Source: an uncultured Sphingobacteriales bacterium (lineage in GTDB: Bacteria > Bacteroidota > Bacteroidia > CAILMK01 > CAYYUA01). Taken from it: 64,000 nt of DNA. Positions 9,798-17,082 of the stretch are shown in pieces. Location: positions 1,405 to 65,404 of the forward strand of contig CAYYUA010000013.1 in NCBI GenBank assembly GCA_964474835.1, read 5' to 3'. The notes beneath the pieces were generated by a model, which was given only the letters and a program-made list of their open reading frames with translations, did no database searches and was not told the DNA's origin. The translations under genes and the position numbers were made by a program. How positions within the stretch are numbered: the first letter of the stretch is position 1; every line of letters begins with the position of its first letter.

Positions 9798-11273
9798 GTG
9801 AAGACTGATTTCGCCTCTATAGATGCCCTCTCGCGTCAGTTAGACCTTTCGGCCGACAATCGGAAGCAGTTACTGGCGCAGGTTCAGGAGTACACCGAGC
9901 AATACCTTACTCATCAGGAAGAAAGCCCGGTTTACCAGGTTACTGAAGGCCGGGCTGCCGGCTTGCTTGAGCAACCCATTGAAGAGGAGGGCGCTTCCTT
10001 CTCAGCCCTGTTACAGCAACTGGAAGCGTACGTGGACCAGGATGGGCTGAATGCTACCTCTGGCCGGCATCTCGCCTACATTCCGGCCGGCGGCCTGTAT
10101 ACCGGAGCGATAGGCGATTTCCTGGCAGCAGCTACCAATCGCTATGCCGGGGTGTTTTTCGCCAATCCCGGCGCAGTGCGGATGGAGAATATGCTGATTC
10201 GCTGGATGCGGGATATGGTAGGTTTTCCGGAGCAGACCGCCGGTAACCTGGCCTCTGGTGGCTCCATTGCCAGTCTGACTGCCCTGGTGACGGCCCGGGA
10301 CGCTCACCAGCTCAGGGGGCGGGACTTTGAGCGAACGGTGGTTTACCTAACGGAGCAAACGCACCATGCCATCCATAAAGCCCTGCGGATTGCCGGGCTG
10401 GGCGAGGCCATTCACCGCGTGATCCCAATGGATGAGCACTTCCGGATGCAACCGGACGCCCTTGAGAAGCAGCTACAAGCTGACCGCGAACAAGGCCTGT
10501 ATCCATGGCTGCTGGTCGGCTCAGCCGGTACTACAGACGCTGGTGCTATTGATCCGCTGTCCACCCTTGGTGACGTAGCCAAAGCCTACGGCCTGTGGTT
10601 TCACGTAGATGGGGCCTATGGTGGCTTTTTCCTGCTGGCACCCACCGGGCAGGAGCGGATTCAGGGCGTAGCTAAGGCTGATTCCGTAGTAATGGACCCC
10701 CATAAAGGCTTATTCCTACCCTATGGCATAGGGGCCGTGCTGGTAAAAGATGGCGATCAGCTGTACCGCTCCCATTACTACACGGCCAACTACATGCAGG
10801 ACTCCCTGAGCGCTGACGAGGAAGTATCGCCTTCGGAGGTCTCGCCTGAGCTTACTAAACACTTCCGGGGGCTGCGCATGTGGCTTTCCCTTCAGCTGTT
10901 CGGGGTTAGGCCGTTCCGCGCTGCTCTGGAAGAAAAAATTCAGCTGGCGCGGTACTTTTACGATACGCTGGTCCAGCAACCGGGGTACGAGGTAGGGCTA
11001 CCGCCTGCCCTCTCCATTGTGCTATTCCGGTACAGGCCGGCTGAAGGGTGGGACGCGGATGCGTTCAATCAGGCACTGATCCAGCGTGTTCAGCAGGGCG
11101 GAGCCGTGTTTATGTCATCCACCACTATAGACGGGCACTTTTACCTAAGGGCAGCCATCCTCTCGTTCCGGACGCACAAGGAAGAAGTTGACCTGGCGCT
11201 GCGCACGCTGGATCAGGAAGTGCATGCCCTCCTTACCGGGGCCACGGACTTAGCTACCCAAAAAGACGCTTAA
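9798..11273 (+). CDS. PLP-dependent group II amino-acid decarboxylase (aromatic-L-aa/glutamate decarboxylase family)
   Basis: It has the S-x-DPHK lysine motif (VMDPHKGLFLPYG) and the SGGSIASLTALV block. The start is GTG. Confidence 0.8.
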   Translation: MKTDFASIDALSRQLDLSADNRKQLLAQVQEYTEQYLTHQEESPVYQVTEGRAAGLLEQPIEEEGASFSALLQQLEAYVDQDGLNATSGRHLAYIPAGGLYTGAIGDFLAAATNRYAGVFFANPGAVRMENMLIRWMRDMVGFPEQTAGNLASGGSIASLTALVTARDAHQLRGRDFERTVVYLTEQTHHAIHKALRIAGLGEAIHRVIPMDEHFRMQPDALEKQLQADREQGLYPWLLVGSAGTTDAGAIDPLSTLGDVAKAYGLWFHVDGAYGGFFLLAPTGQERIQGVAKADSVVMDPHKGLFLPYGIGAVLVKDGDQLYRSHYYTANYMQDSLSADEEVSPSEVSPELTKHFRGLRMWLSLQLFGVRPFRAALEEKIQLARYFYDTLVQQPGYEVGLPPALSIVLFRYRPAEGWDADAFNQALIQRVQQGGAVFMSSTTIDGHFYLRAAILSFRTHKEEVDLALRTLDQEVHALLTGATDLATQKDA

Positions 11274-11490
11274 AAAAGCCTGCTTTCTCCGGCTCAATGT
11301 GATAGCCAGCTTCCTGAACGGCTTCCATTACCTGTTCCTGAGAAACGGTGCCTTCTACGGTGAGGGGCTTTTTAGGATTATTGGTGTCCACATCCCATGA
11401 TTCCACGCCTTCCAGATTGTCCAGGTATGGCTTAACGGCTGCTATGCAGCCTCCACAGTTAATGTTGGTCTTAAACGTCATGGCTTTCAC
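11254..11490 (-). CDS. heavy-metal-associated (HMA) domain metallochaperone-like protein
   Basis: It has an HMA fold pattern with the variant metal motif NCGGC. It overlaps the decarboxylase 3' end convergently by 20 bp. Confidence 0.55.
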   Translation of the reverse strand: MKAMTFKTNINCGGCIAAVKPYLDNLEGVESWDVDTNNPKKPLTVEGTVSQEQVMEAVQEAGYHIEPEKAGFFKRLFG

Positions 11491-11527
11491 TTTTTCAAAC
11501 AGAAAGCACCAGAAGCTCTAAAAGTTC

Positions 11528-12547
11528 TTATTCCGGGAAGATCAAAGCCTTGGCAGGGCTGCCTTTCTGCTTGTAGGCCCGGAACATACCCGTGGTGTTG
11601 AAAGGCAGCGCCAGGTTGCCCTGCTGATCGAGGGCGATCAAACCGCCCTTGCCGCCCATGCCGGCTATCTGGCTGTGAATCAGGGAGTCGGCAGCTGCAT
11701 GAAGGGAATAGCCCTTGTAATCCATCCTGGCGGCAACATCATAAGCCACCAGGTTGCGCATGAAATACTCACCCTGTCCGGTTGCCGATACGGCACAAGT
11801 GGCGTTATCCGCATAGGTTCCGGCCCCGATCGTGGGCGAGTCCCCAACACGCCCCTCGGCTTTCCCGGAGAGGCCACCTGTAGAAGTGCCTGCAGCCAGA
11901 TTACCTTCCTGGTCCAGGGCAACTGCTCCCACAGTCCCCCATTGATGCCGGATAGTCCCCTCATGCTTGGTTCGATTCTGATGGGCTGATTGATGGTAGG
12001 AGCGATAACGGGCCTGAGTGACTAAATATGCCGAATCAGCAGGCTTTAGGCCTTGCTGTCGGGCAAAGTGCCTGGCCCCTTTGCTAACCAGCATGACGTG
12101 AGGCGAGGAGTCCATCACCGCATGGGCTGCAGCAATCGGGTGCTTCAGGCCTGAACAGGAAGCCACAGCGCCTGCTTGCTGATCCGCGCCCCGCATCAGG
12201 GCGGCATCCATTCTCACATGGCCGTTTTCATTCAGAACTGAGCCGCGCCCAGCATTGAAAAACGAATCGGTTTCCAAAATCCTCAAGGTGTGCTCCACGG
12301 CCTCTTCAGCTGGTTTGCCGCTCTTCAGAAGCTGATACCCGGTGTCCAGCGCCTTTTTGAGCTTTTGCCGGTAGCGGAGCCGCTCAGCGGAATCCAGCGC
12401 AGACCGGGTGATGTTACCGGCACCACCATGAACGACCAGTGTTACCGGGCCGGCCTCCTCAGACACCTGCTGACCACTGCCGGATGACTGGCAGGTATAT
12501 AGTATGGCAACGAGGGCTGACAGAAAAAAGAGCAGGAAGAATCGCAT
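11528..12547 (-). CDS. iaaA: isoaspartyl peptidase / L-asparaginase (Ntn-hydrolase, plant-type asparaginase family)
   Basis: The autoprocessing Thr motif GTVGAVALD is present. The internal ATG at 12547 gives a signal peptide (MRFFLLFFLSALVAILYTC). Confidence 0.8.
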   Translation of the reverse strand: MRFFLLFFLSALVAILYTCQSSGSGQQVSEEAGPVTLVVHGGAGNITRSALDSAERLRYRQKLKKALDTGYQLLKSGKPAEEAVEHTLRILETDSFFNAGRGSVLNENGHVRMDAALMRGADQQAGAVASCSGLKHPIAAAHAVMDSSPHVMLVSKGARHFARQQGLKPADSAYLVTQARYRSYHQSAHQNRTKHEGTIRHQWGTVGAVALDQEGNLAAGTSTGGLSGKAEGRVGDSPTIGAGTYADNATCAVSATGQGEYFMRNLVAYDVAARMDYKGYSLHAAADSLIHSQIAGMGGKGGLIALDQQGNLALPFNTTGMFRAYKQKGSPAKALIFPE

Positions 12548-12637
12548 ACTTTTTTTAGCCAAAGCTAAACACCGCTGATTAATCGGTCCAGGGTTGCTTG
12601 CCAAAAGCTACTAAGTGCCTGAGGTACGCAATTTTGC

Positions 12638-12645
12638 TATTTTTG
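12638..12645 (+). promoter_or_regulatory. candidate Bacteroidetes sigma-A -7 box (TATTTTTG = TAnnTTTG)
   Basis: The motif lies 17 bp upstream of the zinc-ribbon ORF ATG, in the divergent intergenic region with iaaA. Confidence 0.3.
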
Positions 12646-12661
12646 AGATTCTTTAAAACTT

Positions 12662-12835
12662 ATGATTATGCAGCAACAACAGCCCTGTCCTTTCTGCGGT
12701 CAGCTTGCCGGGTATGTGTTCGTTCATGGCCACTACCAGTGTGCCAGCTGCGGGCAGAATGTGATCCCCTGCTGCGATGGACCAGGCCGCTTTGCCCATA
12801 GCCTGCTGAACGGCCTCCAAAAGCGCCTGGGATGA
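12662..12835 (+). CDS. 57-aa Cys-rich zinc-ribbon protein (CPFC...CASC...CC), absent from the ORF track
   Basis: The frame from ATG to TGA is clean. Its stop overlaps the start of the ABC ATPase gene (gATGA at 12832-12835). It has a CxxC-x14-CxxC zinc ribbon plus His22/His24 and a CC pair. Confidence 0.45.
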   Translation: MIMQQQQPCPFCGQLAGYVFVHGHYQCASCGQNVIPCCDGPGRFAHSLLNGLQKRLG

Positions 12836-13731
12836 GCGAGGTGCTGGCTACGTATCAGCTGACGAAAGCCTATGGCTCGCTCAGGGCCGTATCTGACCTG
12901 AACCTGTCAGTAGAAGAAGGGGCAGTGTACGGCCTTCTGGGGCCAAATGGTAGTGGTAAGACCTCAACCCTTGGTATGCTACTCGGCATTACCAATCCCA
13001 CAGCCGGCCACTATACCTGGTTCGGGGAAGAGCCAACGCCTGCCGTCAGGCAGCAGATCGGGGCTGTGCTGGAAGCACCGCATTTTTACCCTTTTCTTAC
13101 GGCCTATCAGAACCTTCGCATCGTCTGCCAGATCAAGCAAGTACCGGAAAGCCGTATCCCGGAAGTGATGGCCTTTGTCAACCTGAAGGGCAAAGCAAAC
13201 TGGCGCTTCCGGACTTTCTCAACCGGTATGAAGCAACGCCTGGCCATTGCCAGTGCTCTGCTGAATGACCCGCAGGTGCTGGTGCTGGATGAGCCTACTA
13301 ACGGGCTGGATCCGCAGGGCATTGCTGAGGTCCGTGACCTGATCAACACCATTGCGGATAACCAGCGTACGATCATCCTGGCCAGCCATCTGCTGGATGA
13401 GGTAGAGAAAGTCTGTAGCCATGTAGCCGTAATGCAGCAGGGCCAGCTCCTGCAGTCCGGCAAAGTGGCAGACCTGCTGAGTGACCAGCCCCGTGTAGAG
13501 CTTAGTGCCCCGGATCTTGCGCTCCTCCGGCAAAACCTTGATAAGCTTTCAGCCGTACAACAGGTTGATTTTGAGAATAACCATGTTGTTGCCACGGTAT
13601 ATGCAGGCGTTAGCCCGGGCCAACTGAACCAGCAGCTTTACGAGCAGGGCATTGTTGTGGATCACCTCGCTATGCGTCCTCAGAACCTCGAGGAACAATT
13701 CCTGTCCTTAACCCAATCCAGTGCCTCATGA
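12832..13731 (+). CDS. ABC transporter ATP-binding protein (ABC-2 subfamily)
   Basis: Walker A (GPNGSGKTST), signature (FSTGMKQRLAIA) and Walker B (LVLDEPTNGLD) are all present. Confidence 0.85.
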   Translation: MSEVLATYQLTKAYGSLRAVSDLNLSVEEGAVYGLLGPNGSGKTSTLGMLLGITNPTAGHYTWFGEEPTPAVRQQIGAVLEAPHFYPFLTAYQNLRIVCQIKQVPESRIPEVMAFVNLKGKANWRFRTFSTGMKQRLAIASALLNDPQVLVLDEPTNGLDPQGIAEVRDLINTIADNQRTIILASHLLDEVEKVCSHVAVMQQGQLLQSGKVADLLSDQPRVELSAPDLALLRQNLDKLSAVQQVDFENNHVVATVYAGVSPGQLNQQLYEQGIVVDHLAMRPQNLEEQFLSLTQSSAS

Positions 13732-14516
13732 AGCGCCTCTTCTATACTGAGCTGCTCAAGCTTTTGCCTTTCCGCACTTCCTGGGTAATTGCAGGCCTTT
13801 TTACCCTATTGGTTCCGCTGGTCTACGGCATTCTGCCTAATTTGGTGCCTGAGGGGGTGGGTATTGATGCCTATACAATCTACAACTACACCCGGATCTG
13901 GAATTTTCTGCCTTATGTAAGTGCCTACTTCACCACACTGCTGGGCATCCTGCTGATTATCTCGATCAGCAATGATTTTACCTACGGAACGCTCCGGCAG
14001 AATGTGATCGATGGCTTTAGCCGGAAGGATTGGCTTGGTTCGAAGTACCTGATACTGCTGGCTGCAGGGCTTCTGGCTAGTGGTGTAGTACTGCTGACCG
14101 GGATTGCCTATGGTCTTCTGTATTCGGACGATGGCAGCTTGCTAAGCCATAATCCTGAGCACCTGCTGCTCTACTTTCTGCAGACAGTGGGCATCCTCAG
14201 CTTTAGCGTGCTGATCGGTATTGGCTTTCAGCGGAGTGGTCTGAGCATTGTGCTGTTCTTCCTGTACACCCTTATTCTGGAGCCCACTATTGGCTTCCTG
14301 TTACCACAGGGGTGGAGCCCGTATCTGCCGATCAGTACAATTAACAACCTGCTACCTTTTCCGGTAAAGCTGGATCAGCTCAATTCTGCTGACTTCTCAT
14401 CAGATTTCCGGCTGCTATCAGATCCGATCCTGAGCCCAACCTTCTTCCTGGCTCTGGGTTACACAGGGCTGTTTGTGGGGGTCAGTTACCTGATTCTTCA
14501 AAGACGGGACCTGTGA
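13728..14516 (+). CDS. ABC-2 type transporter permease
   Basis: It is a roughly 6-TM hydrophobic protein. Its start overlaps the ATPase stop (ATGA). Confidence 0.7.
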   Translation: MKRLFYTELLKLLPFRTSWVIAGLFTLLVPLVYGILPNLVPEGVGIDAYTIYNYTRIWNFLPYVSAYFTTLLGILLIISISNDFTYGTLRQNVIDGFSRKDWLGSKYLILLAAGLLASGVVLLTGIAYGLLYSDDGSLLSHNPEHLLLYFLQTVGILSFSVLIGIGFQRSGLSIVLFFLYTLILEPTIGFLLPQGWSPYLPISTINNLLPFPVKLDQLNSADFSSDFRLLSDPILSPTFFLALGYTGLFVGVSYLILQRRDL

Positions 14517-14556
14517 GTGTCCTTCTTTAACTTTGATCAGCCCAAACCCGCGCACT

Positions 14557-15237
14557 ATGCCTTTTGATATTGAACCCATACGTCAGCAGCTCCAGCATTA
14601 TCAGCAACAGGGGCTCAGGCTGTTCGCCACTTCTTCTTTTCAGAGTTACAGCATCCCCATGCTGCACATCATCAGCCGGATTGATGCTTCGATTCCCATT
14701 TACTTCCTGCATACCGGCTATCACTTCCCGGAAACGCTAACCTATAAGGAGCAGATTACAGCCCTGTTAGGCTTGAATGTGATTGACCTGAAACCGGCCA
14801 TTCCCAAGCACCTGCAGCGTGATACGCACGGGCAGCTGTATTTTACTTCAGATCCGGACCTGTGTTGCCATATTAACAAAGTACAGCCGCTGGAGCCGGT
14901 GCTGGCTGAAAAAGATGTGTGGATTACGGGCGTTCGAAGGGATCAGAGCACTAACCGGGAAGAGATGAGCCATGAAGAACAGGCCCCACAGGGCACCCTT
15001 CGTTATCATCCCATGCTGGATTTTGATAAGCGTATGATCGTGCAGTACCTGAAAGCCTATGAACTGCCTCGCCACCCGCTCGAACTGAAGGGCTACGTCA
15101 GTATTGGGTGCGAGCCCTGTACCAAGCGGGTGGACACCGATCAGGTGGGGAGTGAGCGGGATGGCCGCTGGAGCGGCCTTAACAAAACCGAGTGCGGCCT
15201 TCACACGGAGCTCATGAACAACAAGGCCAACCAATGA
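14557..15237 (+). CDS. cysH: adenylyl-sulfate / phosphoadenylyl-sulfate reductase, thioredoxin-dependent, Fe-S type (CysH)
   Basis: It has the C-terminal KTECGLH catalytic motif and a CC...CxxC cluster (DLCCHINK, GCEPCTK). The ORF track starts at a TTG at 14533, and the ATG at 14557 is the likely start. Confidence 0.8.
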   Translation: MPFDIEPIRQQLQHYQQQGLRLFATSSFQSYSIPMLHIISRIDASIPIYFLHTGYHFPETLTYKEQITALLGLNVIDLKPAIPKHLQRDTHGQLYFTSDPDLCCHINKVQPLEPVLAEKDVWITGVRRDQSTNREEMSHEEQAPQGTLRYHPMLDFDKRMIVQYLKAYELPRHPLELKGYVSIGCEPCTKRVDTDQVGSERDGRWSGLNKTECGLHTELMNNKANQ

Positions 15238-16169
15238 AAATCCTCGTTACAGGTGGAGCTGGCTATATCGGGACTGAGCTGGTAGAGCAACTGGTTCAGG
15301 ACCCCGAAGTCGAAGAGGTGGTGGTTTACGATAACCTGACCCGTAAGAATTACAACCTCTTCCTTTTTCATGACCTCCCGGGAACAAAAGTCCGCTTTAT
15401 TGAAGGTGACCTGCTGGATTCCAGGCGCTTGCGACAAGTGCTGGCATCAGTTGACACGGTAATACACCTGGCAGCCCGGGTAACTACGCCTTTTGCTGCT
15501 CAGGATCCGCACTACTTTGAGCAGGTCAATCACTGGGGAACCGCGGAACTGGTATATGCCGTAGAAGAAAGCCCGGTTCAGCAGTTTGTGTACGTCAGCA
15601 GTGGCTCAGTCTACGGGTTTTCGGAATCCATCCGGGATGAGGATTCCATTCCGGCCCCGAAAACCTACTACGGGGTTTCGAAAAGACGGGGTGAAGAGCA
15701 TGTAGAGCGGCTTCAAAGTAAGGTGGCGACCCGGATCATCCGTCTGGGAAACGTCTATGGCTTTAGCCCGAGTATGCGGTTTGATGCTGTGATCAACCGC
15801 TTTATGCTGGAAGCCAATATCAACAACCGCATCTCTATCAATGGCACAGGAAAGCAGCGCCGGCCCTTCATCCATGTAGACCGGGCCGTTGAGGCCCTGC
15901 ACCAGGTGATCAGCAAGCCGGTGCCCAGCGGCACCTACAACCTGGTAGAGCGGAACCTCAGCGTGCTGGACATTGTGGAAACCCTTCGTGCCCTTTATCC
16001 CGGGCTTGAGACCCTGCACGTCAATCAGCATCTGGACCTGATGGAGCTTCAGATCGAGCCTCAGGGGGCTTTACACAGGCATATCAATGTACCCTCTGTC
16101 CCCATAGAAGAGGAGTTGCAGGCTTTTAAAAACCATTTTGGGCTACAGCCCCGTGCTGCAAAGCCGTAG
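15234..16169 (+). CDS. NAD-dependent epimerase/dehydratase (extended SDR, nucleotide-sugar modifying)
   Basis: It has a Rossmann motif (TGGAGYIG) and a YGVSK catalytic pair. Its ATG overlaps the cysH stop (ATGA). Confidence 0.8.
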   Translation: MKILVTGGAGYIGTELVEQLVQDPEVEEVVVYDNLTRKNYNLFLFHDLPGTKVRFIEGDLLDSRRLRQVLASVDTVIHLAARVTTPFAAQDPHYFEQVNHWGTAELVYAVEESPVQQFVYVSSGSVYGFSESIRDEDSIPAPKTYYGVSKRRGEEHVERLQSKVATRIIRLGNVYGFSPSMRFDAVINRFMLEANINNRISINGTGKQRRPFIHVDRAVEALHQVISKPVPSGTYNLVERNLSVLDIVETLRALYPGLETLHVNQHLDLMELQIEPQGALHRHINVPSVPIEEELQAFKNHFGLQPRAAKP

Positions 16170-16181
16170 CTTTATCCAGCT

Positions 16182-17003
16182 GTGAGCGTGTGTACCTACG
16201 GGGATTCAGACCATATCATTCAGGTGCTGCCCAATACGGAGCTTTGGGAGTGGCCCTACTTGAAAGGCATCCTGGCGTCTGTTCCCGATAGCCTGAAGGC
16301 GCGGTACCGCTTTGTCATTACTGACCATCGAACAGCAGTACCTGATCCGGATCTACAGACTGTGGTGTTTTACCTAAGCAATGAAGATGGGCGGCTGCCG
16401 GATTACGTTAAAGCGGTGGCAGCGCTCTTCACGCCATACCCGCCCGAAGCGTCTTATCCCCATGTTTACCACATACCGCTGGGGCCAGGAGTGTGGCCTG
16501 TTTCTAAGAATCCCACGCCTGTTGAGCAGCGCCCGGTTGATGTGTTTTTCAGCGGGCGTAAGCTGCACCGGCGGAAGGCAGCGCTGGATGCCATGGATAG
16601 GCTCGAGCGGGATCCTGAAGTACAAACGAAAGTTCACAGAACACAGGGCTTTGGTCAGGGCCTCTCTCAATCTGAATACAGCACTGCCCTGAGTCAGGCC
16701 AAGCTTGTGATCGCACCGGAAGGCAATTTTAGCAATGTTACATTCCGTCACTTTGAGGCCCTGCAGCACGGCTGCGTTGTCATCTCAGCCCCTTTGCCCG
16801 ATGCCTGGTGCTACCGGGACTTTCCGGGCTATCAGCTAACAAACTGGCAACACTTGCCGGCCTTAGTGAAAGGCTTACTGAAACGCCCGGCTAAGCTCAG
16901 ATCGCTCCGGGAAAGCGCTTACACTTATCACAAGCGGGCATGGGCTCCGGAAGCCGTGGCCGGCTATATAGCGCAAGCCCTCTCTCGAGCTCCTGATCCC
17001 TGA
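16182..17003 (+). CDS. exostosin (GT47)-like glycosyltransferase-domain protein
   Basis: A C-terminal block fits the exostosin consensus (S+FCLcPxGxxxxSxRxxEAlxxGCvPVi): VDVFFSGRKLH...YSTALSQAKLVIAPEGNFSNVTFRHFEALQHGCVVISAP. It has a GTG start 13 bp after the epimerase gene. Confidence 0.5.
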   Translation: MSVCTYGDSDHIIQVLPNTELWEWPYLKGILASVPDSLKARYRFVITDHRTAVPDPDLQTVVFYLSNEDGRLPDYVKAVAALFTPYPPEASYPHVYHIPLGPGVWPVSKNPTPVEQRPVDVFFSGRKLHRRKAALDAMDRLERDPEVQTKVHRTQGFGQGLSQSEYSTALSQAKLVIAPEGNFSNVTFRHFEALQHGCVVISAPLPDAWCYRDFPGYQLTNWQHLPALVKGLLKRPAKLRSLRESAYTYHKRAWAPEAVAGYIAQALSRAPDP

Positions 17004-17082
17004 TTGCTGGTGTATGCCTGCGAAGTCCTTCTCAGAAGTATGTCTTCAATAGCACAGCCCGGTAACTTTAAGTTGTCTGATG

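Noticed and set aside
12598-12801. ORF-track 67-aa ORF in frame 1, upstream of the ABC ATPase
   Set aside because: It overlaps the much more plausible frame-2 zinc-ribbon ORF, which has a proper ATG, an ATGA junction and a CxxC...CxxC motif. The frame-1 product is a low-complexity Arg/Leu/Cys-rich read-through.
15234-16169. Reading the SDR as an SQD1-like UDP-sulfoquinovose synthase
   Set aside because: It is an attractive fit with the adjacent cysH, but the protein is a standard-length epimerase (325 aa) without the SQD1-characteristic insertions I can recall. I kept it only as a low-weight hypothesis.
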